Shown: piece after piece, positions 7,211-16,303 of the stretch
Layout of the letters: each line of letters begins with the position of its first letter
How positions within the stretch are numbered: the first letter of the stretch is position 1
Source: a virus
Lineage: Duplodnaviria > Caudoviricetes
IMG/VR virus record: IMGVR_UViG_3300014050_000030
Coordinates: 1 to 54,217 of that record
Direction: 5' to 3' (one strand)
Length of the DNA: 54,217 bases
Translations under genes and position numbers: made by a program
The notes under the pieces: model-generated
Seen by the model: only the letters and a program-made list of their open reading frames with translations
Told to the model about the DNA's origin: nothing
Database searches by the model: none

Positions 7211-9238
7211 TTACTTTTGCGGCATCTCGCAAGCGTCTGTGGTGCAGTAAGCCTCACCAGCTGCGTCCTTTGCATTACCAGCGTAGATAGAGGAGAAATT
7301 AATCGGCTTCAGTTTGTTTGTGTTGGCGTCATAATCCGCCTGTGTAATCTGCGTGTACGGCATCTGCGGATAAGTGGCATTACCCATAGGAAGGAAGGAC
7401 ACGGTTTTGAGTTGTCCGTCATACATATGGAGCACCTTACTCACATCACCGCGTTCTTTTTCCGCGTCAAAGGATACGGTCACAGACACGGAGTTGTCCG
7501 ACCAATGACGCTGAGAGAGTGCCGCAAGAGAGATTTTCTCGTAGATAGACACCTCGGACTCGGAGCGCTTGGCTTGGGACTTGATTGGGAAATACACAAC
7601 GCTGGTCGTGTCAGGCGACTCGGACGCGCTCTCGACCTTGTACCCCGCATTGCTGAACAACGAGAGCATCGGGTCATCGTTGGAAAATCTGATTGCCCGA
7701 AGGAAGTAAGCGCCGCCAGGAGTCCAGTGAACTCCAGGAGACTCCCCGGCAAGGATGGAGACAGTTCCGCTTGGTTTTACAGTCGTGGTTTTAATAGACT
7801 CACGAATACCCAGCCACTCAGAATACGAGCGGTCATAATAAGCAACAGTTTCGTAGCCCTCGTTCATCCAGTCCCGGAGAATTGTCAGGCCACGGTTGTC
7901 ACCGAAGTTGGCAATGCCAGACATGGAAGTACCGATGCGGCGGTTGCGCTGCATGATTGCATTTGTTTCTTCCCAGTGAGTTGGGAGAAGCGTCACGGTC
8001 TTGGCGTAGAGATACGCGAACTTCAGAGTGCGCTTGTAATCCTCAAGGCTCTCGTGGCGGTTCAAGTAAGTCTCGACCAAGGTGCAGCACTCGAAGGACT
8101 CAAGCGATTGCTCGGCGCAAGGGTTGTAGCCAGCGGCCCGCCAGTCTTTATTATTTGGCTGGTCAAGAAGCCGCCCATAGTTACGAGTAACATCCATCCA
8201 AATTACGCCGGGTTCGCCGTTAAGGGCGATGTTGTCCACAATGTGCGAGAGGTCGTCTCCGACCTTCACCTCAACGGAGTTGTTAGACATCCAACCCCAG
8301 CCCGGATTTTTTGCGCTGTAAGAGTTGCGGGCGGGGAAGCGCTTTGGGTTTTTGAGGTTGAGGAAGGTGTCATCATGGATAGAGCCCATGAGCAACTCGG
8401 CGGAACGGCGAACATTGCCCGACACCACACACACCCCAATGAGGTTTCCGATATCGGCAATATCGCGGGAGTCAATCTCCTCGCCTTCCCTACCCTCAAA
8501 AATCTTGGCAATAGCCTTGTGCAATTTAATAAGAGGTTCTGCACCAGCAGCCGTGCCCCCGAAAGTCTTGATGGGAGCTCCCGCTGGTCTAATCTGGCTG
8601 TAATCAAACACCACGGGATTTTGCGGTTCTGGCTTCAAATAAGAATTAATAACCAAAACAGTGCTTTCCACCCAACCCTCGCGAGTATCAGGGATGGCGT
8701 AGTGAATTGGCTCGCCTGTCGGCTTGCCGATAATAAATCCCTTTTCTACTCCCTTGGTGTCAAAACCAACACCCACACCCAGCATGGACGCTTCCATGAG
8801 AAAGGCGAACGGCTTGGCTGGGTTGTGGCGCGTCATCTCCGCTGTGGAGACGAAGGCGCAGTTCTGCAAAGCGGCGGAGTTCTTTTCTTCATTCACCAGT
8901 GGGGTGCCCATAATCCAAAGACCACGACCAGGCGGCGTCCACTTCAATTCAAACATACGCTCGAAGGCTTCCTTTGCGGAAACCTGAGCCTTCTTCTCAT
9001 TCCACGGCAGACGGTTAGTTTTGCAGTGGTCTTTCTGAATTGAATACATACCTTCAATTACGCGGCGGCATACATCAGCCCAAGTCTCCTTGGTGCCGTC
9101 CTCTTTGATGCGGGAGTAGGTTCTCAGGAACGTGATTTCGCCAAGGGAGTTGCCCCCGGCATCTGTGTACCCCCACGGGACTGGCCGACCCTCGTATTGG
9201 GAAACGAACTCATCAGGGAGTTTAAATGACAATGACAT
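7211..9238 (-). CDS. nrdJ: Class II (B12-dependent) monomeric ribonucleoside-triphosphate reductase
   Basis: FLRTYSR, PPGRGLW, NCAF, GNVRRSA, NPCAEQSL, TVKPSGT, C-terminal CTTDAC. Confidence 0.95.
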   Translation of the reverse strand: MSLSFKLPDEFVSQYEGRPVPWGYTDAGGNSLGEITFLRTYSRIKEDGTKETWADVCRRVIEGMYSIQKDHCKTNRLPWNEKKAQVSAKEAFERMFELKWTPPGRGLWIMGTPLVNEEKNSAALQNCAFVSTAEMTRHNPAKPFAFLMEASMLGVGVGFDTKGVEKGFIIGKPTGEPIHYAIPDTREGWVESTVLVINSYLKPEPQNPVVFDYSQIRPAGAPIKTFGGTAAGAEPLIKLHKAIAKIFEGREGEEIDSRDIADIGNLIGVCVVSGNVRRSAELLMGSIHDDTFLNLKNPKRFPARNSYSAKNPGWGWMSNNSVEVKVGDDLSHIVDNIALNGEPGVIWMDVTRNYGRLLDQPNNKDWRAAGYNPCAEQSLESFECCTLVETYLNRHESLEDYKRTLKFAYLYAKTVTLLPTHWEETNAIMQRNRRIGTSMSGIANFGDNRGLTILRDWMNEGYETVAYYDRSYSEWLGIRESIKTTTVKPSGTVSILAGESPGVHWTPGGAYFLRAIRFSNDDPMLSLFSNAGYKVESASESPDTTSVVYFPIKSQAKRSESEVSIYEKISLAALSQRHWSDNSVSVTVSFDAEKERGDVSKVLHMYDGQLKTVSFLPMGNATYPQMPYTQITQADYDANTNKLKPINFSSIYAGNAKDAAGEAYCTTDACEMPQK

Positions 9239-9362
9239 GGCACTCTTTCTTTGTTAAAGGTCAAAGGTCTAGAATAGTGCGTAGCGTACAAACTTACATT
9301 GGGAGCTGTACAACAGGGGATGCTACAATTCATATAAGAAATGGCATCTTATATGATAAGAG

Positions 9363-10817
9363 TTAGTCCTCTGTTATCTCCTCAATCAAGGCGTCTGTCG
9401 CCTCTGCATCATAACCACCGCCGGGTAACTCCCGCAAGTTTTGGGTGGCTCTTTCACCAAAGATACTAGATAGAACGCCAGCCCCGCCCGACCTCTCAAC
9501 AGTCATTCTGATGAACTCTTTGGAGTCGTTCAATTCCTTAACCGTCTTTATAATTTTGAAAAGGCGGTCAATTTCTTGACTAAGGTTGGGGTCAGGGTAG
9601 CCACCGTTAATTTCCTCGGAAAACCTTGCAAATGCTACTCTTTGGCCCTGCATCTCAATGATTGCATTGATGAAAGATTGCATCTGTTCTTTGGTTCTCA
9701 ACTCCAACGGAAGGTTGAAGGAGCAAGCATTGTCCATCTTGAAAGCGGGGCACTTGGATGCTATGAAACATGTGTTGCACATGCGCAAAGAGTTGGCGGT
9801 TGAGGTGATTACCTGTCGCTCCGATATGACATCGCGGCCCTCTTCGTCAGGCTCTATAACCGTCTTATACTCCAGCCCAAGGACAGGCAAAGTGGTCATC
9901 TCGGAAGGATTTCTCGGGATTAACTTTCCACCTTTTTCCGGCTTCTTATCAACATCAGATGAGGCGGTTTCCGCTAAATCTGAAGAGGGCTCATTTCCGC
10001 TGTTATATGATAACTCTCGGTCCATCTTAGCCTCCAATTGCTCGTATGACCATAAGGCTAACTTGCAGACCTCAATATTATCATCATTTAAAATTTTATT
10101 AAAATCTAAATCTGCTTTCTCTGCCGCCGCCTTGCATCTGGGGCGGGCTTGGTCTTTCATGGCCTTGGGGTACCGCACAAGCTCCGCACCATCCCACATA
10201 ATGGTCTCGCCATGCATCATTGGAGATAGCCACGATAGGGTGGAAACAGATGTAAAAGGCGTTGATTTTAATTCACTGGGGTCAGCAAAAGCGGTAGTGT
10301 GGAACTCGGTGCCGTATTCCCGGATAGCTGCACGCATCCTGTGAATGAAGGATGTGGACTCCTCAAGACGTTCTTTAGGTACCAAGATATTTTTATAAGT
10401 TGATGCAAAATAATCTAATTTGCTGTCATCATATTGAGGGCGGAACACAGCTATAAATTTATCTGGCTCTTCTTCCCATGCTCCCCGACGCTGTTCGGTG
10501 GCCATCCGCTCGCTCAGCGACGCATGGTCTACCTCTACAAAATGGGATACACGGTCAATATTATTGACAATAAAATCTTCATAATCTGCGCAAAATTCTT
10601 CCATTTCCCGCTCTGAAAGCTGGGCCTTTGAGGGGATACCTGCGTAGACTGTAATATTCATGAAGGGGTTAAAATAATTAGACAACAGGTATTCTTTGGT
10701 TTTAGGCAGCCCGCGCTGGGATGCCCGCCAAAACGAAAACCCTACTTCTCGCACGCCCATGGTTTCCAGAATCTTCCGATTGCTGGGAACTTCAGCTCCT
10801 AAGTATATAAATTTCAT
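9363..10817 (-). CDS. Uncharacterised 484-aa protein; possible alpha/beta-barrel N-domain plus Cys cluster
   Basis: Long coupled ORF; FTSVSTLSWL segment and CNTC-x5-C-x8-C cluster; fold guess unverified. Confidence 0.8.
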   Translation of the reverse strand: MKFIYLGAEVPSNRKILETMGVREVGFSFWRASQRGLPKTKEYLLSNYFNPFMNITVYAGIPSKAQLSEREMEEFCADYEDFIVNNIDRVSHFVEVDHASLSERMATEQRRGAWEEEPDKFIAVFRPQYDDSKLDYFASTYKNILVPKERLEESTSFIHRMRAAIREYGTEFHTTAFADPSELKSTPFTSVSTLSWLSPMMHGETIMWDGAELVRYPKAMKDQARPRCKAAAEKADLDFNKILNDDNIEVCKLALWSYEQLEAKMDRELSYNSGNEPSSDLAETASSDVDKKPEKGGKLIPRNPSEMTTLPVLGLEYKTVIEPDEEGRDVISERQVITSTANSLRMCNTCFIASKCPAFKMDNACSFNLPLELRTKEQMQSFINAIIEMQGQRVAFARFSEEINGGYPDPNLSQEIDRLFKIIKTVKELNDSKEFIRMTVERSGGAGVLSSIFGERATQNLRELPGGGYDAEATDALIEEITED

Positions 10818-11275
10818 ACGCGGTTATCTTCTTCGTATAATTTTTGCTGTTTGTCCAGCTCATGCACGATGTCGGACCAAGCTCTAATTCCTGATGGGCG
10901 GTCTGGGCGAAATTTGTGGTTGAAGTATTTTGGGTGCAAAAATAAAAATACAGACAGGCCCTCTTCCAACAAGCTCTTGGCCAGCTCTAAGTCATCTGTG
11001 ATGACATAATCCACCGGCCCTCTGCTGCGAGCGTGAAGGACCTGCCTGTATTTTTTTACATCTGAAAATGCTTCACCGGGATTATAATCTAAAATATCGT
11101 CTAGCTTTGAGGACAGATTGTTTTGCTTCATCCAGCGGTCTATATCGGTTTTATCGGTGCCAACCAATATAACGCGCTCTTTTTCGGCAAGGCTTTTATA
11201 TAGCCTGACGCCGTCGGGTATAGGGAGGTTATTCTCCCGCCGCATAACCCCGTCAACAAATACTAGGACAGGCAT
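10814..11275 (-). CDS. HAD-fold-like protein (degenerate motif I)
   Basis: N-terminal VLVFVDGVMR; first Asp of DxD absent; later VITDD. Confidence 0.55.
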   Translation of the reverse strand: MPVLVFVDGVMRRENNLPIPDGVRLYKSLAEKERVILVGTDKTDIDRWMKQNNLSSKLDDILDYNPGEAFSDVKKYRQVLHARSRGPVDYVITDDLELAKSLLEEGLSVFLFLHPKYFNHKFRPDRPSGIRAWSDIVHELDKQQKLYEEDNRV

Positions 11276-11276
11276 A

Positions 11277-11999
11277 TCACATCAACTGCTCTAAACCTGT
11301 GCCTGCCTCATTGACTGATGCCCACTCTTTGTAGTGGTTTTCGTTCAACCACATAAACTTGTGGTGCTCGGCAATTGCTCCTGTGTGGGCGTGTACTGGG
11401 ATACCCACATTGTAAAGGCGCGAGAAAAAGCTCAAATCTTCGGACAACCAGCGGTTGCCGTTAATCGGGCCATCTTGGAACCAACACCAGTCAGGGCCGC
11501 AATTTTCATTTACAAACGCTTCCCGCATCTTCTCAAACACGGATTTGTGGATTAAAAGGAAACCTGTACCGGCTGCGGCGACTGGGATGACGGAGTTCTC
11601 CTCATAGTTGTCATAAGGCAGGGCTCCTTTACCTTCTACATCCTTAAAAATAAGCGGCGCGGGGCGAAGGTTGCCGTCAATCCACAAGGCGGCAAAATAA
11701 AGACCTGCCATGACGGGGCGCTTTTCCGCGTCTGCGGCATCTACCAACTTGTCAAATGCTTCAACTGAGATGCGCTCGTCCGCATCGAGCATAAGCAACC
11801 AGTCGCAATTTGAATATTCTAGAAAATGCTTGACGGCAATATTGCGGGATTTTGCCAAAAGGCCTGTGCCCTCTACACAATGGAATGAGCCAATGCGCGA
11901 AGTTCTAGACCGCATAATATCAAGCAAGCTGACCATAAAATCATTAGATACATGGTGGGTGTGGCACCAAGTAATGCAAACTTTTTCAGTCTTTTTCAT
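11277..11999 (-). CDS. GT-A fold glycosyltransferase (GT2-like)
   Basis: RN.AV..FL, WLLMLDAD (DxD), AGTGFLLI..SVF, SED..F, H.K. Confidence 0.85.
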   Translation of the reverse strand: MKKTEKVCITWCHTHHVSNDFMVSLLDIMRSRTSRIGSFHCVEGTGLLAKSRNIAVKHFLEYSNCDWLLMLDADERISVEAFDKLVDAADAEKRPVMAGLYFAALWIDGNLRPAPLIFKDVEGKGALPYDNYEENSVIPVAAAGTGFLLIHKSVFEKMREAFVNENCGPDWCWFQDGPINGNRWLSEDLSFFSRLYNVGIPVHAHTGAIAEHHKFMWLNENHYKEWASVNEAGTGLEQLM

Positions 12000-12019
12000 A
12001 TTGTTCTCCTAATATTGCG

Positions 12020-12065
12020 GGGCGGGAGCAGCCGGTCTCTTGTGAGCTTACGGTTGCTCCCGCCC
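12020..12065. other. Long GC-rich intergenic hairpin
   Basis: GGGCGGGAGCAGCCG ... CGGTTGCTCCCGCCC, 15 bp with one mismatch or wobble. Confidence 0.75.
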
Positions 12066-12072
12066 AACTTTA

Positions 12073-12672
12073 TTACTTCTTGGGCTCTGGCTTTACAACC
12101 TTGGCGGGTTTGGGTGCGACAATCTTGGCAACCACTCCCGGCTTCTTAGTGCCCGCACCCTTGCGAACACCATTGGCGTCAATACCAAGGTCGGTTAAAA
12201 CCTTAGCAATATCTCCGGCGGTAACACCCGGCTTCAACGCATAGTGCATCGGGTCCCACGACCCCGGGCTGCTGTAATCGCCACCCTTGGCCTTGTCACC
12301 ACCCCAGATGACAATCTTGTAGCGCTTCTTAATTTCGGCGCACGCCTTAATCTGGGCGGCGTTCATGGTCTTCATGCCACCCTTGGGGCCCATGGCGCCC
12401 TCATGACCCCAGTTGAGGTCAACCGCCGTGCCCGAACTGTGGTCAGAGTAGAACTTGGCCTGCCGCGCCTTGCGGAACGCGTAAGCGCCGCACTCGCCGT
12501 TACGAAGCGGGGCAACTTCCTTGTGAAAATCTGCTGCAAGGGCGAGGAACAAAGGAAGAACCTCTGCACGCATTGTCAGCTTGACATTGGTGCCAGGGAC
12601 AATCTTCATCTTCAAACGCTTGTCAGAGCGCGAGGTGATGACTTCCCAGCCGTTAATTGACTCATCAGCCAT
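12073..12672 (-). CDS. M15-family zinc peptidase, putative endolysin
   Basis: NGW start, R...S.HSSGTAVDLNW, WGGD, DPMHY; Lys/Pro-rich C-terminal tail. Confidence 0.85.
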   Translation of the reverse strand: MADESINGWEVITSRSDKRLKMKIVPGTNVKLTMRAEVLPLFLALAADFHKEVAPLRNGECGAYAFRKARQAKFYSDHSSGTAVDLNWGHEGAMGPKGGMKTMNAAQIKACAEIKKRYKIVIWGGDKAKGGDYSSPGSWDPMHYALKPGVTAGDIAKVLTDLGIDANGVRKGAGTKKPGVVAKIVAPKPAKVVKPEPKK

Positions 12673-13610
12673 TATTCATTTCCTTTTCTGGTTAATAAAG
12701 CGCGTCTCATCAACGTGCTGGTACTCGGTAACTCTACACCATAAGTGGACGTTTCAAACTCTCCTTGCGCCTTTTTTTGCAAATCTTTTAATTTTCGCAA
12801 CGCAGGAATTACACCACTGCTTTTACCGGCTTGCCACCGGTAATTGGCATAGTCTGAATAACCCTGACCTTCAGGGCTAAACGCTGTTTTTCTCCCCCTA
12901 TGAATATCTTCAAATAATGCTGTGCCCTGCTCAACAGCCTGCTGCATTGCCGTCTCGGCGTTTAATCGCGCAGCTTGGTTGGTTGACGCCTTTAATGACT
13001 GCACTGAAATATTATATCTATCTAAAATCTGCTTTGCAAATTTAGTTTCGGTCTCAGCTTGGGCTTGCCATGCCGGGTCGGCTTTAAACGGCTCCGTAGG
13101 AGGGTCCACAACCCATTCATCATCAGTCAAGGAATATGCTGCGTAAGGCTTGATGTCTCTAATATCCGACCTGACATTTACATAAAAGGTTAATTCATAT
13201 GCGCCCATAAAATTATCTGTCTGACCATTTAGGATGCTCAAGCCCTCATTTAGCTCGGCTGCAATCTCCGCGTCGCTAAAACCTTGGTATGCTGTATTTT
13301 GCATTCTAAAACGCGGGTAATCAACGCCAATTAAACAATCTAAATCTGCCGGGGCTCTGTGGGCTGACCACTGATACGATACCCCTGACCCGGCCAACCA
13401 AATGTGGCACCAGGACTCAGGATGTTTATAAAGGCCCGATAAATAATTGAGAAGGGTTGCCATGATTGACACTCTAATATTGGAATTAAGCCGTGTGTCG
13501 GAAAATAACTTTGGGTCAAGCTTTTTCTCAATTGGGCTCAATAACGATGTTTCCGCCGGTTCTGCCTCCAGAGTGGACGCCATACGAGAAAGCACCTCGT
13601 AGTAGTTCAT
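12672..13610 (-). CDS. DNA polymerase beta-superfamily nucleotidyltransferase
   Basis: hAGSGVSY.W...ADLDCL signature and ELTFYV third-acid strand. Confidence 0.75.
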   Translation of the reverse strand: MNYYEVLSRMASTLEAEPAETSLLSPIEKKLDPKLFSDTRLNSNIRVSIMATLLNYLSGLYKHPESWCHIWLAGSGVSYQWSAHRAPADLDCLIGVDYPRFRMQNTAYQGFSDAEIAAELNEGLSILNGQTDNFMGAYELTFYVNVRSDIRDIKPYAAYSLTDDEWVVDPPTEPFKADPAWQAQAETETKFAKQILDRYNISVQSLKASTNQAARLNAETAMQQAVEQGTALFEDIHRGRKTAFSPEGQGYSDYANYRWQAGKSSGVIPALRKLKDLQKKAQGEFETSTYGVELPSTSTLMRRALLTRKGNE

Positions 13611-13611
13611 C

Positions 13612-13821
13612 TCACTCCTCTAACGGCATATCGCCAATTGGAACATCTAGCGTCTTAAGCGGGGCGTCCAACTCTTTCTTTATCGGCGTCACATAACCAC
13701 ACTTAACATGGGCGTCTAAAAAGCGTTGGATTATGAGCCACACAACTGTTTCATCCTGTTTTGCTTGGATGTGCAAAACAGCATTGCAGGAGCACTGCAT
13801 GTCATATTCCATAGTACCCAC
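13612..13821 (-). CDS. Small hypothetical protein (CxC...H..C)
   Basis: ORF with AGAGG RBS. Confidence 0.6.
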   Translation of the reverse strand: MGTMEYDMQCSCNAVLHIQAKQDETVVWLIIQRFLDAHVKCGYVTPIKKELDAPLKTLDVPIGDMPLEE

Positions 13822-13860
13822 CTCTAGTTAGCTGGATACTTATATTTTACCCGACTTTTA

Positions 13861-14403
13861 TTAGTTGTACAGGCCCTTCTCGGTGAAGGCCTTCTTCTGG
13901 TTGTACATTTTTACAGGGCAAAAATCGCATAAATAAATTTTTGGGCCCTTTGTTCCAGGTTTATCCAACCCAGCATCTTTGCGCTCGGCAGCGGTATCGG
14001 GCTTCAGTTGCTTCTTATCGGATTTATAATCCGGGCACTGCTCCTTGGGGCGGTTGTGCTGGCCCCAACAGGTCATGGCATCCTCATGGAACGTCATTTT
14101 GGTGTCATAAAATTTGGTGCCAAAAACGTCAAGACCCTCTGACCCACCGCGAATCTGTTTGACAATCTCTTCGCGGATTTTAGGGACGGCCCAGTATTTT
14201 AATGGAAACTTGAAAAGAAGCCCTGTATGGGCAACTGGGCGCTGATGACGCTCCACTGAAATGTTAAGAAGAAGGTCATCAGCCGGGTCGCCGTCGTAAT
14301 CAGGTAGCTCTTCAATTGTTTTGCAATCGCGGCAGACAAGCAGCCGAATTTGCGGCTCATTAGTTTCTGCGCCTTTGCTGAGTGTGCTTAAATCCATAAC
14401 CAT
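13861..14403 (-). CDS. Hypothetical Zn-binding protein
   Basis: CRDC, C..H.RP...C, LCDFCPV. Confidence 0.75.
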   Translation of the reverse strand: MVMDLSTLSKGAETNEPQIRLLVCRDCKTIEELPDYDGDPADDLLLNISVERHQRPVAHTGLLFKFPLKYWAVPKIREEIVKQIRGGSEGLDVFGTKFYDTKMTFHEDAMTCWGQHNRPKEQCPDYKSDKKQLKPDTAAERKDAGLDKPGTKGPKIYLCDFCPVKMYNQKKAFTEKGLYN

Positions 14404-14421
14404 GTTGTTATCCTATCATAG

Positions 14422-14498
14422 TCCGCAGGGTGGGGCTTGAACCCACATATCGACCCAGTTTATAAGACTGGCGGCGTCACCAATTTGCCTACCTGCGG
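14422..14498 (-). tRNA. tRNA-Ile (anticodon UAU)
   Basis: Minus strand: CCGCAGG-TA-GGC AAATTGGTGAC GCC-G-CCAGT CT TAT AA ACTGG-GTCGATAT-GTGGG TTCAAGC CCCAC-CCTGCGG-A; no encoded CCA. Confidence 0.85.
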
Positions 14499-14506
14499 TT
14501 ATCCGC

Positions 14507-14515
14507 AGAGTAGCA
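14507..14515 (-). promoter_or_regulatory. Extended -10 (TGCTACTCT) just upstream of tRNA-Ile
   Basis: TGnTAnnnT 8 nt before the tRNA 5' end. Confidence 0.5.
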
Positions 14516-14517
14516 TA

Positions 14518-15750
14518 TTAGCCCAGGTTGTCCCAACTCTTTCGGCCTTCTCCGGGCTTGGGTTGAGTTTTTGGAACAACAGCCCCGCTGGGCCCAACAG
14601 TTTTTTCAACTGGGGCGGCGTCACCCGTCTTTCCAAACATCTCATCAACGTTCGCATGTATTCTTGCAGACTCTTCAGGTGATGTGTAAGCGCCTGGAAG
14701 GAAAAGATGCTTTAGAAATCTAGCTGCGCCTTCTTTGTACTCAGGGTCTCCCGGTCGAACACGTCGTGCGGAAGGGTCGGCAGGCGGAACATTAAGTATT
14801 TCTCCGCGAGGGGCTCTATCTGAAGAATCCCCTGCTAGAGCACCCGTTCGCATTCCTTCGTTACAAGCTGGGCAAAGTGTGGAATCTAATGGTTGCGTAG
14901 AAGGGTTTGCATCAGCTAAATCATACGCGGGAAAATGAGGCGAGTCGCAATCTGAACGTAAGCAAACTTGCATATCAGGAAGTGTACCGGGCGTTCTTTT
15001 AGAGTATCCTCTTTCTTTTGCAATTGGAAAATCAATGTGCTCGTCAACATCTCCCGCAGTAAGCTGGCGCTGCGATAGGTGAGCCGCAAACCTGGCCCGT
15101 TCCGCTTCCATTTTAGGCTTATCCCCATTTAAGCGGGCGGTTTCATAGCCTCTAGTAATAGCCGCGCCCTCTAAACGTGTACCGCCTTGCCGTCCAGAGG
15201 TGCCGTAAATAATGTTATTAAGGCGGGCCTGTTCTTTGTTTTCAGACTCGCTTAATTTAGGACCTTTGCCTGAGGCAGCCAAATTCTTTCTTGTTGATAA
15301 CTCTTGATGTTGTTCTTTAAGCGGTCCCCAAGTTTCCGCGTCTGGGGCAGACTCGTAGTGAGGGGAAGCCGCTTCTGTTGGAAAATCCATGGCTTCTGGT
15401 TGGCCAATGTCGCTAAGAACTTGATTAACGCGGTCTTCTCTATCCCAAGCAGCTTCTCCGCCCATCGCGCCGCCTGCTTCTCTTATATCAGTGGGCAGGC
15501 CTTTTGCTTTACGCGTTTTTGAAGCTCGGCGGGTTGTAGAAGTAGCAGGAGCAGCTCCAGCATCTTGAATCTCCTGCGTGATTCCCCTACCGCCAATATG
15601 CTGGACTCTTGCGGCTGCTTCGCGTCTATCAACGCCTTGTCTAATTAAATCATTGAAGGCGATGCCCATTTCATACTTTTTGTGCTCGCCTTTTTCTTGA
15701 AGCGCGGCTAATACATCTTCGCTAACAAGGTGGCTTTTATTGTAAGCCAT
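14518..15750 (-). CDS. Hypothetical 410-aa protein
   Basis: Long coupled ORF; C-x4-C...CPAC; low-complexity character. Confidence 0.75.
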   Translation of the reverse strand: MAYNKSHLVSEDVLAALQEKGEHKKYEMGIAFNDLIRQGVDRREAAARVQHIGGRGITQEIQDAGAAPATSTTRRASKTRKAKGLPTDIREAGGAMGGEAAWDREDRVNQVLSDIGQPEAMDFPTEAASPHYESAPDAETWGPLKEQHQELSTRKNLAASGKGPKLSESENKEQARLNNIIYGTSGRQGGTRLEGAAITRGYETARLNGDKPKMEAERARFAAHLSQRQLTAGDVDEHIDFPIAKERGYSKRTPGTLPDMQVCLRSDCDSPHFPAYDLADANPSTQPLDSTLCPACNEGMRTGALAGDSSDRAPRGEILNVPPADPSARRVRPGDPEYKEGAARFLKHLFLPGAYTSPEESARIHANVDEMFGKTGDAAPVEKTVGPSGAVVPKTQPKPGEGRKSWDNLG

Positions 15751-16100
15751 TAGTTAGTCTCCCTCTCAGTTTCAGCGTGTACATCGCCGGTAAACGGGTC
15801 GGTGGTTACTTCCGGGTCTTCTGCGTCAGAGGTAAAAGAGGACGGGCCGCCCATGACATCAGGAGTTGTTCCAAAAAGAATCTCCTGCGCTTTGGCGGTT
15901 TTTTCTTCGCTTTCCTCTGCGCTCATGTAAGGATTGTCCTTAAAAATCGCAGCGACAAGATTGGCGTATGCTTGTGCGCGAGCCATATCTAATGGCTTCT
16001 TTTTTGAAGGCATTTTGCCAACTAAATGTTTGTCTGTCGGGCGGCCCGTTGAAAGGCTCAAATCTTCGCCGGTACGGCGGTCTTTAAACACGCCCATCAT
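15750..16100 (-). CDS. Hypothetical protein
   Basis: ATGA-coupled ORF. Confidence 0.65.
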   Translation of the reverse strand: MMGVFKDRRTGEDLSLSTGRPTDKHLVGKMPSKKKPLDMARAQAYANLVAAIFKDNPYMSAEESEEKTAKAQEILFGTTPDVMGGPSSFTSDAEDPEVTTDPFTGDVHAETERETN

Positions 16101-16303
16101 GCACCCGGATTCACTTTGGACGGCTCTTCGGAGTTGATGAAGCCGTAGTTCATGTACGGGTGGAGGTCGGCACGGTTCTTGACCACAATCTCATCACCCA
16201 TCCCACGGGCAATCGTGGTGTTCGGGCGACGCTTGCGGTACTTGCCGTCGGTGGCACCTTCAAAAAGCTCCGCGTTCTGAGAACGGGACACATTTACTGC
16301 CAT
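16097..16303 (-). CDS. Small hypothetical protein
   Basis: Coupled ORF; EGATDGKYRKRRP. Confidence 0.7.
   Translation of the reverse strand: MAVNVSRSQNAELFEGATDGKYRKRRPNTTIARGMGDEIVVKNRADLHPYMNYGFINSEEPSKVNPGA

Noticed and set aside
7217-9043. 608-aa plus-strand ORF
   Set aside because: Antisense shadow of nrdJ caused by codon bias; no motifs, and it lies beyond the terminator. The same applies to most short overlapping ORFs in the track
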